Notes under the pieces: generated by a model
Told to the model about the DNA's origin: nothing
Seen by the model: the letters and a program-made list of their open reading frames with translations, nothing else
The model's database searches: none
Translations under genes and position numbers: made by a program
Assembly (NCBI RefSeq): GCF_006345805.1
Contig: NC_043002.1
Span: 90,272,001-90,336,000 of the forward strand
Length of the DNA: 64,000 nt
Reading direction: 5' to 3'
DNA from: Octopus sinensis
Taxonomy: Eukaryota
Shown: in pieces, positions 1 to 15,690 of the stretch
Position numbering within the stretch: position 1 is the stretch's first letter
Layout: every line of letters begins with the position of its first letter

Positions 1-1349
1 TTAACCCCTGTTTCATCTCCCTCCATCCGAGATGCTCCCTCATTCCTCCCTCTCCTACCCACTCCTCACCCACCCACCACATTGCACTCCCTAATTAGAA
101 ACACTTCACTTTGATTATAATATCATTATGATTATAAATGTGCTTTAATGCATTTTATTGATTATCACCCCTTCCTTCCTCTTGTAGTGAGGTAACTGTT
201 GCTGCTCTTGTCCTCCTCCTCCTCCCTCTCCTCCTTCTTGTAGTGTGGCAATTGTTGTCCACTCCTCCCTCTGTCTCTAACCCAATCATCTGCCATTTTA
301 CACTTATCTCATAACTACAGCTCTAACCCTGACCCTAACCCCAGCTGCAGCTCTTACGTCAGTCCTTCCCTCCCTCCTCTCCGACTCATCTCCATTCTCT
401 TCATTTATTTTCCTTTTATTTTTTTTCATCCTCATCCCTTTTTACTCCCCCCTCTCCTACCCATTCAGCTCTCTATCTTTTTCCAATTTTTCTAATTTCT
501 CTGCTACAAACAATCCTCGTTTTCCACACACTTTTTTTTTTTTTATCATTGTAAATATTTTCATATTATTTTGTTTAACCCAACACCATCACTCTGGCTT
601 CCTCCTCCTCTATAGATTTAACTGTTAAACTGTCACTACTTGCTGTTGTTGTTATTGTTGTTGGTCATTTTAACGTTCATTATTTTTTCTCATCATATTT
701 CATAAATGATATCAATCTCACGTTTATTTTATTCTTTTACACTGCCTCTGTTTGTGTGTGTGTGTGTGTATGTGTATGTGTGTGTGTATGTGTGTGTGTG
801 TGTGTGTATGCATGTTAATGTGTGTTTATTATTTTATATCGTTAGTTTTTTTTTTTTCATTTGCATGAATATTTTTAATTTTTGATTTAAATTATTTTTT
901 TTGTGTTTGCATGTATGTTTTTAATTTTTGATTTTAAATTATATTTCATTTTACCATAATGTAAACATCTAAATGAAGGGGAGGGGAAATGAAAGAAGTC
1001 CTCTCACTTGGTTCGTTCTACATTTTTTAACTAATTAGAAAATGCAACAAACAATATGATGAACAACATGTTAAAAGAACCATTATTTGTGATAATGTTT
1101 GTGTGCTTTGTGGTATTTTATTAACACCCGCTTTATGGGTATTGATAAAATACAGTACCAGTTAAAGCACTAGGTCTGATATATATATAGGTAACACACT
1201 TAGTCACGTTAACAAAGGGATGTGGGTTCGTGTCCCATGTGGATAGGAACGCATTCTTTTTTCTGTCAAGAGCTTATATGCCCCGTTATTAGACTATTTT
1301 CCTAAGTCATTGCACAGTGATTGCCATAAGCTTTAAGCTTATATAAAAA

Positions 1350-1720
1350 CTAGCAGTATCACCCGGCGTTGCTCAGGTTTGTAAGGGAAATAACTATAAA
1401 GCATTTTTAGAGAGTTATAGCCCAAAAAATGTAAAAAATGATGGTAAATTTTTTTTTAGTTAAAAAAGGTGGAGTTGCGTCCCCTAGACAGTTTGTGGTT
1501 CGTGTTTCTGATTGTCGACCCCATGTCGAATTTATCGATTTTTTTCAGAACTGGGGGAACTTTTCAAAATTTTCGCTGCGTTAGTTTTGAATTATGACAT
1601 TGGGCTATGTGTGTGTCAAGTTTCATCAGAATCGGTTGAAAGCTGTGGTCAGGGTGAGGGTACAAGCAAACAGACACACAGAAACACGCACAGACAAACT
1701 GCCGTTTATATAGAGAGAGA
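1350..1720 (-). mobile_element. Non-autonomous Helitron (~370 bp)
   Basis: Minus strand reads A|TCTCTCTCTATATAAACGGC ... GAGCAACGCCGGGTGATACTGCTAG|T: 5' TC, subterminal GC hairpin, 3' CTAG, inserted between A and T. Confidence 0.85.
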
Positions 1721-1789
1721 TACCATTATTATTATTTACAGGATTGTAAAATACGGTGCTGTATAACAAAACCATTCACACTGAAAGCA

Positions 1790-1860
<71 letters not shown>

Positions 1861-1883
1861 TTATATATATATATACAGATATT

Positions 1884-1954
<71 letters not shown>

Positions 1955-2049
1955 ATAATCTGATTTGAAACCTTGGGTACCTGTCAGAACTTAGTGTTGC
2001 CATCATCATTGTCACTCTCCTCATCATCCTTATAATTATATATATCTCG

Positions 2050-2258
2050 AGGCAACGAGCTGCAAGAATTGTTGGAACATAAAGTCTTTACTGTATTGAT
2101 TTTTAATTCATTGCATTCTAAGTTCAAATTCCGCCCAGGTTGAATTTGTCATCCTTTTGCAGTCAATAAAATGAGTTCCCCCAAATACTAGGGTTGAAGT
2201 AATTGACTTGTCCCCTTCCGTTAAAATACCTGATCTGGTGCCAAAATTGGATAGAATT
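2050..2258 (+). mobile_element. Degenerate SINE family B (short-tail variant)
   Basis: Matches the head (gagctggcagaa), B-box-like aagttcaaattcc and gtcaataaaatgagt body of other family B copies in the window. Confidence 0.6.
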
Positions 2259-2719
2259 ATTATACAAAATCTAATACATGCTAATTTAGTTATCAGAAAT
2301 GTTATCCTGAAGTTTAGTGACAACAAGTCTCCCCAGATCTCAAGAAATTCTCTTCAGATTATTGTGAAGTTCAAGATGGTACTTTTCTCCAGGTTCACAT
2401 TATGTCTCAATGAAGATATGCAAGAATTATGAGTCCCAAATTCATAGAAAAAAAGAATCTCAACATAAAACAATGAAAATCTGTGAGGAGGAACCATTTC
2501 TTCTGGCAACAAAACCCATCTTTGAGAATATAAAGAAAATATAGAAAGCAAAAATGAGCTAAGATCCACCATTCTTCAAAAATCAATCAAACAGTTAATA
2601 GACAAAATTATGCATTTCTGTTATCACAAACTTTCTGCAGAAATTATCATGAATCACCATTGTCAAAATCCCTTAACTGGTATAGCCAGTCATTGGGGTG
2701 CCACTCTAGACACCTTCAT

Positions 2720-2858
2720 AGTCAGCTCTCTATTCTCTGTCATGAGTAACAAGTTCTCTGTGTTGTGACTTGTCCAGTCCTTGATGTTGTCAAACCAGGA
2801 TTTTCTCTGTCTGCCTTTCACTCACCCACCCTCAACTGTAATCTGAAGAAGGTTTTGG
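2720..2858 (-). pseudogene. RTE-clade LINE ORF2 C-terminal remnant
   Basis: Manual translation LLQITVEGG*VKGRQRKSWFDNIKDWTSHNTENLLLMTENREL resembles the RTE C-terminal motif (VEG.R.RGR.RK.W.D.IK.W). Confidence 0.65.
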
Positions 2859-3128
2859 GCAAAAAGTTGTGGGGAGATACATGACTGTACCAGAAATTAT
2901 AAGGATACAAAACAGTTAGATTCAGAATATAGCCAATGTGTAAAATATAGACTACTAGGAAAATTAAAATTAAGACATTACATTAAGCTTAAAAGATATT
3001 ACTCTCAAGATGGTGGTGTTTTTCAACACTATATATTTCAAAGATATGCCACTTGGTGCATCTAGCAGCACTCAAACAGGATTTGAACAGGTGTGTATGC
3101 ATACATATATGTGTGTGTGTAGAAGATG

Positions 3129-3432
3129 AAGGCACATGGCTCAGTGGTTAGAGTAAAGGGCTCACAATCACAGGGTAGTGAGTTTGATTTCCAGACCAGG
3201 TTATGTGTTGTGTTCTTGAACAAGGCACTTTATTTCATGTTGCTCCATTTTGCTCAACTGTAGAAATATGATGTCACTAGTGCTAAGCTGTATCAGCCTT
3301 TCTCTTTCCTTTGGATAACATTGGTAGCATGAAGAGTGGAGGCTGGCATGCATGGGTGACTGCTGGTCTTCCATAAACAACCTTGCCCGGATTGTGCCTC
3401 AAAAGCGAACTTTCTAAGTGCAATCCTGAGGA
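3129..3432 (+). mobile_element. tRNA-derived SINE family D
   Basis: A-box tggctcagtggtta, B-box-like gagtttgattt, CORE-like ttgaacaaggcactttat, and a tail shared with the copy at 39451-40143. Confidence 0.7.
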
Positions 3433-3822
3433 GAGTCTTTACTTGTTACCCAATATATTTCACTTAAGCATTACAAGACTAATAACCTGGTGTATCCAAG
3501 GCTCTGATGAAGCTATAGGATGTTATTCAGGCACTCAACTATGAGTCCACTGCATTTTATAGCAGAAACAGCTGTAAGCTAATGAGGTTCATAACATAAC
3601 CACTGTGTGTGTGTGTGTGTGTATGTATGCATAGGTGTGTGTCTGTTTGTGTGTATGTGTATGTACTTTTAAAATTTCTTAGTATGTCTGTCCTTCCGTA
3701 TATTTTATAATGCTTCTTCCCCACTTTCTTTGTAATTCCTCACAATCACTCCATCTTTCCTCTCTTTATAATTCCTAAAGAAAATTTCATATTTTTTTCT
3801 ACCTTTTTGAGCTCCTGTCACT

Positions 3823-3825
<3 letters not shown>

Positions 3826-3870
<45 letters not shown>

Positions 3871-3889
3871 TATGATCATCATCATCATT

Positions 3890-3922
<33 letters not shown>
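3826..3922. repeat. (ATC)n/(ATT)n microsatellite at the 3' end of an R4-like fragment
   Basis: Seen directly. Confidence 0.95.
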
Positions 3923-3934
3923 TTCTAATTGATT

Positions 3935-4143
3935 TGCATTTTATTTCATCTTCTGGCCAGGTTACAGCCAGAGACCTAAGGCACATATATATATTAGATG
4001 GAGACGAAGTTACTAAAAATTTGGGTGGTTGATGTCAACACAATATTTGAGTCTCATAGATTGTTGGTTTCCTCAGGGATTTGGTCAAAGATTTTGTCAC
4101 TGCCTTCCTTGATCATTCTTAGGGCAACTACAACGACAGGGAT
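3935..4143 (-). pseudogene. 5'-truncated R4/Dong-like non-LTR element: C-terminus plus 3' UTR
   Basis: Translation IPVVVVALRMIKEGSDKIFDQIPEE...IVLTSTTQIFSNFVSI* resembles the post-RLE motif (VP.IVGALG ... IQK.VL..TA.IL). The 3' end runs into (TAA)n. Confidence 0.65.
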
Positions 4144-4193
<50 letters not shown>

Positions 4194-4194
4194 G

Positions 4195-4237
<43 letters not shown>

Positions 4238-4242
4238 TATTA

Positions 4243-4295
<53 letters not shown>

Positions 4296-4493
4296 TTTGC
4301 ATTTGTAGTCAAGAAAAAATATAAATATTCTTAACAAGTGTATCTCAGAAGCTTTTATTTAAATTTTGTGGTGATTTTATTGTTTATTATCGTTTATTAT
4401 TGTTAAAAGAAATTATTAGTATTATTATTTTACTATTATCCTTATCATTAATAATTTTATCTGTCATTTTCAATTTTGTTTTTATTTTTGATA

Positions 4494-4545
<52 letters not shown>

Positions 4546-6095
4546 CATTATTATTATCATTATTATTATCATTATTTTTTTTTTTTTTCTTAAGGATGAG
4601 AAGAAAGAAATTTATTTTCACTAAATCATAAAAATTAAGCGAATCAAGTTGAGACAGATTCTATTTCATATCATTTATTTTATTTTACTTTTTTGTTCTT
4701 TTGTTGTGGCTTGGAACATAACATTCATTCAAAGAAAACTGTGTTAGTTTAATCAATAGCTTCATGATAGGTTTTAATTGAGATAATGAAAGAAGAAATC
4801 AAATGAAAAGACTAACAATGATGTTTTGATGTCAATGGAAAAATTAGAGAGGAAATATTATCTGTATTTTACAGAAGGAGTTATGAAATAATTAGGGGTG
4901 GGGTAAGAGTGTGGATATGATTGTATAATAGCTTAGAGTATAAAGAGATTGTGTTTAGGGATATTGTGTAACAGCTGATATCCCAATGAGGTGTGATATG
5001 GTGCTGTTGTATATAATAACTTTTGACATGGTTATGTATGATTATGTTGTTACATATTACAACTGATATCAGTTACAGTGAAGTATTGATTTGTACATGG
5101 AGTGATATGGAGTCATTTGCTTGTGTAATCTCGCTAAAGGAATAATGAGATGCGTGTGTATATATATATGTATGTGATATACATATTAGTGTATATCAGT
5201 TGCTGTATATATAATATATATAATGGGTTCATGTAATTACTACCGGAATAATGAGACATTGTTATCATATGTTAATTAAGCTAGTATTGTGATAGAAGTT
5301 AGCAGTAAAAGTTTGCTAAAGTGATCACTTCTAAGAATACAAAGAGAAAATTATGACTAAATAGAACATTGCTATAAATAATCTCTCTTTCTCAGTAATA
5401 TTGTATTTTATAATCAATGCTTCCTACCAGGAAATAGAAACAGATCTATTATTTTCTCTATTGTTTCCATCTTTTTTCTTTCTTTCTTTTTCTCATGTGT
5501 TATTTTGTTGAGGTGTTTGGGCCTGGTTCTGAAAGCTTGCAAAACACTTGGCATTTTTATAGTGCTCCTGTTGCCTATATTGGTAATCCAGAACAGCAGT
5601 CCCCAATTCATTTGTTTTTGTTTTGCACCATGGATTGGTTTCATGCAAGACAGTTTTCTTATATCCCAGGGTATGACACATAACAAAATACAATAAAGTG
5701 CATAATACATAATTTAATAATTACATTATCATCGTCATCATCATTGTTATCATCATCATCATCATCACCATTTAACATCCATGCTCCATGCTGCTGTGGG
5801 CTGGATGGTTTAACAGGGAGTGGCACCCAGCTCTGCTGTCTCTGTTTTAACATGTTCTTTTCTTTTTTTCATATAATGACAGGGTACCCTTCCTAATGCC
5901 TCCCACCTTACAAAGTGCACTGGGTGATGTTTATGTGATGTGACATCAGCAACAGTATCGACCTCCCCCCATCCCACCCCAAGTAACTTGCAGGACAAGA
6001 CCCAACCTCCCACTCAACTAGTGGGGAGTAGTATTGAGTGCAGGAAAGGTGTCTTGCATTATACATAATAGAAAATCACCTTGCAAACTATGATA

Positions 6096-6474
6096 TTCTT
6101 TTATTTGCTTCAGTCATTTTGACTGCAGCCATTTTGACTGCAGCCATGTTAGATACCGCTTTTAGTTGAGCAAATTGACCTCAGGACTTGTCCTAGTATT
6201 TATTCTATTGGTCTCTTTTGCCAAGCCACTAAGTTACGGGGACGCAAATGTACCAGCATCGGTTGTCAAGCGATATTGTGGGGTACACACACAGTCACAC
6301 ATATACATACTTATACGATACGTTTCTTTCAGTTTTTTTTCTGCCAAATCCACTCACAAGGCTTTGGTCGGCCCAAGGCTATAGTAGAAGACACTTGCCC
6401 AAGGTGCCATGCAATGAAACTGAACCTGGAACCATGTGGCTGGTTAGCAAGTTACTTACCACACAGCCACTCCT
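6096..6474 (-). mobile_element. tRNA-derived bipartite SINE family A (CORE-like), full length
   Basis: Reverse complement of the 7121-7524 copy, with a small internal tandem duplication (cattttgactgcagc x2). Confidence 0.85.
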
Positions 6475-7120
6475 AGTCAATAAAACTGAAATAAAATTAT
6501 AACATTTATTCTTTCTGATCTTTGGTTCGGTACTCATTTACAGCCCAGTAGTTGGGGACCCTTGATCTAGAAAAACCATATGGTGGTTATTCCTAGCTAT
6601 ATTAACAGTCAACTTTGCCTTTCATCCTTTTGGGGTCGATAAATTAAGTACCAGTTATGCACTTGGGTCGATGTAATCGACTTAATCCGTTTGTCTGTCC
6701 TTGTCTGTCACCTCTGTGTTGTAGCTATGTAGCAACTTGGGCAAGTGTCTTTTACTGTAGTTCTGGGTTGACCAATGCCTTGTGAGTGGATTTGGTACAT
6801 ATATATATATATATATGTATATGTATATATATAAATATATAACAATATTAAATATATATATATGTACATATGTATATATTTCTAAGCCTGTGAGTTTTTA
6901 TATTTTTGATTATACCTCATTTCTGCTGTGTTGGCTTATTTGTATTGCCCATGATTTAACAGTTCAACAAAAGAGACTGACAGAATAATTACCAGGTATT
7001 AAAAAAAAAAAAGTACTTGAGTTGATTGGTTTGATAAAAATCCTTCAATCCAATCACTGCAATCCAATCACTGAAACATGTAAAGATAAAAGATATTGTT
7101 TAGCTTTTGCTTTATATATA

Positions 7121-7524
7121 GGCGCAGGAGTGGCTGTGTGGTAAGTAGCTTGCTAACCAACCACATGGTTCCGGGTTCAGTCCCACTGTGTGGCATCTTG
7201 GGCAAGTGTCTTCTGCTATAGCCCCGGGCCGACCAATGCCTTGTGAGTGGATTTGGTAGACGGAAACTGAAAGAAACGTATCGTATAAGTATGTATATAT
7301 ATATATGTGTTTGTTTGTGTGTCTGTGTTTGTTCCCCTAGCATTGCTTGACAACCGATGCTGGTGTGTTTACGTCCCCGTCACTTAGCGGTTCGGCAAAA
7401 AAGAGACCGATAGAATAAGTACTGGGCTTACAAAGAATAAGTCTCGGGGTCGAGTTGCTCGATTAAAGGCGGTGCTCCAGCATGGCCGCAGTCAAATGAC
7501 TGAAACAAGTAAAAGAGAAAGAGA
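7121..7524 (+). mobile_element. tRNA-derived bipartite SINE family A, full length, young
   Basis: tggctgtgtggtaag A-box, gggttcagtccc B-box, CORE-like ttgggcaagtgtctt, internal (TA)n(TG)n, 3' half ending gactgaaacaagtaaaagag; CpGs retained. About 20 full or partial copies occur in the window. Confidence 0.9.
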
Positions 7525-8139
7525 GATATCAGTGATAGATCTGCAGATACAATTCCTATGTATAAAATTGGCAAATAGGCGATGCCTAGCTAGAAGCTAC
7601 TTCAACACATCTGCCGAACGTTTTATGTCATATGTATGAATTCCTTCACACATAATTGCATATGCATGCATTCACATGCATGCACATGTGTTCCAGTTGG
7701 TAGGCTGACAGCATACTTTGAAGCTGCATATTTTGCATCATACCTGTAAATACCATAGCATAATCAATCAGAGATGTGAGCTAATCGATAATTAAAATCT
7801 GAAGAACCAAAGTTAAACTCATTCTTATCCCCCTCCCTCTCTCTTTCTTTGTCACTTTCTCTATGTCTCTGTCCTCACTTCTCAGCTTGTGGTCAGTTTG
7901 TAGATTAGAAAGTTGAGATTATGAGTAATACTTAGGCGCAATCCAGAGAGGAGTGGACAGCGTGCTGTGACCAGCGGTGTCAAATGGACGCCTGACGGAC
8001 TGGTTGGTCAAAGTGATCACTGGTCAAAGTGACTTAGGCATTTAATGTGAAAATTGAAGTGTTAGAGATTAACCTTTTTAGGAACAACTAGGAGAAGAAT
8101 TTAACAGTGAGGTGGTCTTCATAATAGTAGATTACAGTC

Positions 8140-8516
8140 TCACAGAGGCAGAGTGGCTGATGCTGGTGTCATGTAACTAAGACCAATGCTGGTGGTACAT
8201 CAAAAACACCTTTTGAGCATTGGGCCTCATGGAGGGAATGACAAATGACCAACACCTTTGGCAATATGCTGTGCTTGAGTAGAAGATCCATCAAACCAAA
8301 TGAAACTGTAGTGGTGCCAGATACTGGTATCACACAACTGGCACCTGTACTAGTGGCATGTAAAAACACCAATTACACTCTTAGAGTGGTTGGAGTTAGG
8401 AAGGGCATCTAACCATAGAAACCATGCCAAATCAGACTGGACTCTGGTGTAGCCTTCCAGCCTACCAGCCCTGATCAAAACGTCTAACCCATGCCAGCAT
8501 GGACAATGGATGTTAA

Positions 8517-8555
<39 letters not shown>
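8140..8555 (+). mobile_element. RTE 3'-UTR-derived fragment ending in (GAT)n
   Basis: Shares ttaggaagggcatcc...atgccagcatgga...gatgatgat with the 3' UTR of the RTE at 35919-37191. Confidence 0.75.
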
Positions 8556-8556
<1 letters not shown>

Positions 8557-9049
8557 GAAGAATCACTCTCAGCTCCTAAAACCAGCTTTTACCTTTTATC
8601 TTTTGCTTATTTAAGACATTGGACTGCAGCCACATTGGGATATCGCCTTGGAAGGTTTCCATTGAATAAATCAAATTCAATAGTGCTTTATTTTTGCTTT
8701 TGATGTATTCAGTAGAGGCTAACATTCCAATGCTAGCTCTTGCAGTAAGTTTCTACAGGGAAAGAAGCAGACTTTATGAAAACTAAAGCCCTTTTTTAAG
8801 TGATCAATGCGTTCTCTCCGCTAAAGCATTCACCATCTTCTGTTGATTCATACTGATTCCTCTCTTGATTCCTTGCCTCTTGGTTAAACACTTTTAAGCT
8901 AAGAATTATCTGGTCTCAGAAGCCCTGGTGTTGGTTCTTGTGTAAATATTTCAGGTATTCCTGTAGTGAAGAGTAGGTCCGGTAGGTATTCAAGTTGGTC
9001 TAATACATTCATCTCTCTCTGACAGGAAAGACCAGTGTGTGTGCGCGTG

Positions 9050-9093
<44 letters not shown>

Positions 9094-9130
9094 TGTGTGT
9101 GCGTGCATGTGTGCATGCAGTTGTGCATGA

Positions 9131-9650
9131 AGGCACATGGCATAGTGGTTAGAGTAATTTGGCTCATGATTGTAAAGTTGTGAGTTTGATTTCCAGCGGT
9201 GCCTTTTGTCCTTGAGCAAGACACTTTACTTCATGTTACTCCAGCCCACTCAGCTGGCAAGAATGAGTTGTACTGGTAATTCAAAGGGCCAGCCATGTCA
9301 CATTCCATGTCATGCTGAATCTTCTTGAGAACTACATTAACCCTTTCATTACCAACCCGGCTGAAACCGGCTATGGTTCTGTAGTACAAATGTCTTGTTT
9401 TCATAAGTTTTGAATTAAAATCTTCCACCAAACCTTAGTCACAATTTATGTTCTTAACACTAGCTGAATGGTTACTAAATTATTTTACTAAATTCTTTGT
9501 TATATTTAAAATTAATTGAAAGAAACACAGAACATCTCAACAGAAATACGGTAACGAAAGGGTTAAGGGTTTGTGTGTCTGTGGAGTTTTCAGCCACTTG
9601 CACATTAATTCCATGATTGATTAACTAGATCCTTCATCATCATAACTGAC
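9131..9650 (+). mobile_element. SINE with D-like head and C-like tail, interrupted by a piggyBac MITE
   Basis: gagaactacaTTAA|MITE|TTAAggg rejoins to match gagaactacgttaaggg of family C. Confidence 0.7.
9341..9562. mobile_element. piggyBac-type MITE family 1 (222 bp)
   Basis: TTAA|CCCTTTCATTACC ... GGTAACGAAAGGG|TTAA: TTAA duplication and 13-bp TIR. Confidence 0.9.
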
Positions 9651-9658
9651 AGTGCTAC

Positions 9659-9690
<32 letters not shown>

Positions 9691-9866
9691 TGTTTGTACA
9701 TACTTTTCTACTCTAGGCACAAGGCCTGAAATTTTGGGGAGGGACCCAGTTGATTAGATCGACCCCAGTACTTGACTGGTACTTAATTTATCGACCCCGA
9801 AAGGATGAAAGGCAAAGTCGACCTCGGTGGAATTTGAACTCAGAACATAAAAACAGACAAAATACC

Positions 9867-10098
9867 TATTTCTTTACTACCCACAAGGGGCTAAACACGG
9901 AGAGGACAAACAAGGACAGACAAACGGATTAAGTCGATTATATCGACTCCAGTACTTGACTGGTACTTAATTTATCGACCCCAAAAGGATGAAGGGCAAA
10001 GTCAACCTCGGCGGAATTTGAACTCAGAATGTAATGGCAGACGAAATACAGCTATGCATTTCACCCGGCGTGCTAACGTTTCTGCCAGCTCGCCACCT
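9867..10098 (-). mobile_element. tRNA-derived SINE family B (Meta-domain-like), full length
   Basis: Minus strand ggcgagctggcagaaacgttagc...gagttcaaattcc...gcctttcatccttt.ggggtcgataaattaagtaccagt. The central block resembles my recollection of the MetaSINE domain. Confidence 0.8.
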
Positions 10099-10419
10099 TA
10101 TGTGTGTGTACATAGTATGGAAGGTGAGAAAGCTGAGTTTCTGCTTTTTCAAGTTTTGTTCCATTTAGTATTTTTATTCTCTTCCTTGAAACTGTGACGG
10201 TGCTTGTTGTCTTTCTGCAGTATAACTTACTGTTATATAGATATAAATATATGAAAATATATTTGTATATTTTCATATATTTATATTTATTTTTACATGT
10301 GTGTGTGTTGATAGGTTGCTTGTGTACACTTATTTATATGTATATTCAACATTGTCATCATCATCATCATCATCAGTTTAATGTTCATGTTTCCATGCTT
10401 ACATGTGTTGGGCATGGTT

Positions 10420-11410
10420 TATTGAGACACACACACAGACTCTCTCTCTCTCTCACACACAGAATCTCTCTCTCACACACACATTCACATACTTTTCTTT
10501 ATTCATGCATGTCTACTTCCAAAAACGTTTCAATATACAAATGTATTTACACACACACACACACTCTCTCTCTCTCTCTCTCTCACCACACACATATGCA
10601 CCACAGACACATACGCACACACATACACAATCTCACACACATATACATGCAAAATGCATAACACAATCACACACACACACACACACACATAAAGTTTACA
10701 AACACACCACACACAATCACACACACACACACACACATACACACAGATCCCACACAGTGACATGTACACATACATACATCACACAAACACACACACAAAA
10801 CACATACACACAAACAATCATACACACGTATGAACAGACAGACAAATATACGCACACGCACACACATATACATCACACAGACACACCTCAATACACATGA
10901 GCTTCTTTCAGCTTCTGTCTATGAAATTAATTCACAAGACTTTTGTTGGCCCAGAGCTATTATAGAAGACACTTGCTCCAAGTGACATGTACTGGTTTCT
11001 GGACCCCAAACTATATGATGGAAAGCTAACTTCTTCCCCACACAATCTGTGCCTATGTATCTATAGACATAGATAACTGTCTGTTATCCACACACACACA
11101 CAAGCACGCACACAGACACAGGCACACACATATACACACAGACATACCCACACGTACACATACATACACACACTCACATAGACAGACACATACATACACA
11201 CATACACATATGCACGCACACACATACAGACACATACACAGGCACACATAGAGACATACACACAGACACACACACAGACACACACACATACACATACACA
11301 GAAACAGGCACACACATACACAAAAATACACACAGACATACACACACCCAGACACACACACAGGCACACACACATAGACACAGGGTCACACATACACATA
11401 CAGACAGAAA

Positions 11411-11450
<40 letters not shown>

Positions 11451-11570
11451 CTCACACATACAGACACACACATACACATACAGACAAAAACACACATACA
11501 CATACACACACACACACAAACACTCACACATACAGACACACACACATACAGACACACTCACACACATGCA
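10420..11570. repeat. Long imperfect (CA)n tracts flanking a partial SINE A
   Basis: Seen directly; source of the His/Thr and Cys/Val ORFs. Confidence 0.95.
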
Positions 11571-11869
11571 CATGTACCGTTGTCTATTCGTGACTCCACC
11601 TATAAATGCCTATAAGCTCATGTATTTCTGAATGTAAAACATGTAGCACTGTTGAAGATGCATGAAATAAAATGCAACACAACAATAATAGCAACAACAA
11701 CAACAACAACAACAACAGAGTAACCATAAACAATAACAATAAAAAATACAAACATCAATAATAACATGCCAGCTGGCTAGATTTTTTTTTTCTCCTTCCC
11801 TGCATTTTAATTAGTTTGTTCATTACCACCTGTCTATCTATCTCTCTGTCTGTCTGTCTGTCTGTCACC

Positions 11870-13100
11870 ATTTATACTCTTAACTTACTCACACATGCAC
11901 ACACACTCACACACACTCACACACACACATACTCACATGCACATACACAACCACATGTATGCATATTTCCAAATACATGTCTTCACATACACATGTACTT
12001 ACACACATGCACGCACACACACACCACACACACACACACACACACTCTCTCTCTCTCTCTGTCTTACACACACTCTCTCTCTCTATCCCACCATCTCTCT
12101 TTCACATACTCATTCTCTCTCTTGATCTCTCTCTCTCACACACACACTCACTCTCTCTCATGCACACACACAACCACTCACACACACACTCTCTCTCTCT
12201 CACGCACACACACAACCTCACACACACACTCTCTCTCTCTCACGCACACACACACACACACACACACCACACACACTCTCTCTCTCTCTCTGTCTTACAC
12301 ACACTCTCTCTCTCTCTCTATCCCACCATCTCTCTTTCACATACTCATTCTCTCTCTTGATCTCTCTCTCTCACACACACACTCACTCTCTCTCATGCAC
12401 ACACACAACCTCACACACACTCTCTCTCTCTCTCACGCACACACACAACCTCACACCACACTCTCTCTCTCTCTCTCACGCACACACACAAACACTCTTT
12501 CTCTCTCTCACATACACACACTCACTCTCTCTCTCTCACACACACTCACTCTCTCTCTCACACACACTCACACTCTCACACTCACTCACGCACTCTCTTT
12601 CTCTCTCACACTCTCTCTCTCACACGCACACATTCACTCTCTCAATCTCTCTATCTCTCTCACGCACACTCACACTCTCACACTCACTCACACACTCTCT
12701 TTCTCTCTCACACTCTCTCTCTCACACGCACACATTCACTCTCTCAATCTCTCTATCTCTCTCACACACACTCACACTCTCACACTCACTCACACACTCT
12801 CTTTCTCTCTCACACTCTCTCTCTCACACGCACACATTCACTCTCTCAATCTCTCTATCTCTCTCACGCACACTCACACTCTCACACTCACTCACACACT
12901 CTCTTTCTCTCTCACACTCTCTCTCTCACACGCACACATTCACTCTCTCAATCTCTCTATCTCTCTCACACACACACTCACTCTCTCTCACACACACACA
13001 CAACTCTCTCTCTCTCTCACACTCTCTCTCTCACACGCACACATTCACTCTCTCAATCTCTCTATCTCTCTCACGCACACACATACACACACACACACAT
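11870..13100. repeat. (CA)/(CT) array with higher-order repeats (~231 bp x2, 102 bp x5)
   Basis: Landmark cgcacacattcactctctcaatctctctatc at 12625, 12727, 12829, 12931 and 13036; tctgtcttacacac block at ~12059 and ~12290. Confidence 0.9.
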
Positions 13101-13404
13101 GCATGCAAACACACAGACACATACACACATTTCCACATGTACCTCTGTACCTCCACTTGCCTTCCTTACACACATTTATATTTTTTTTTTATCAAATCTA
13201 ATGGGAGAAATTAGAAAATATTTCCAAATCTGTAATTCAGTTTTCCAAAATGGTATTGAGATTCCTGTAGAACGGAGACTCGTTAGCAGAGAGTGGAGAG
13301 ATTCCAGAGAGACAGATATTATCATAATAGGTTACTTTGTTAGTTGGTTTAATCTTGTGTTGAACAGGTGTCTCTGTATTGTTACCATTGTTTTCACCCC
13401 CACC

Positions 13405-15690
<2,286 letters not shown>

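Noticed and set aside
320-345. Telomeric repeat (taaccc)
   Set aside because: Only two or three imperfect units.
3495-3530. Hammerhead ribozyme core (ctgatga)
   Set aside because: No GAAA motif or flanking stems.
5505-5696. Hydrophobic ORF with KTLGIF, loosely like GPCR TM6
   Set aside because: It lacks CWxP, the acceptor is weak, and several frames on both strands are open; insufficient support.
11816-13214. 461-aa and 285-aa His/Thr/Leu/Ser ORFs
   Set aside because: Translation of CA/CT repeats.
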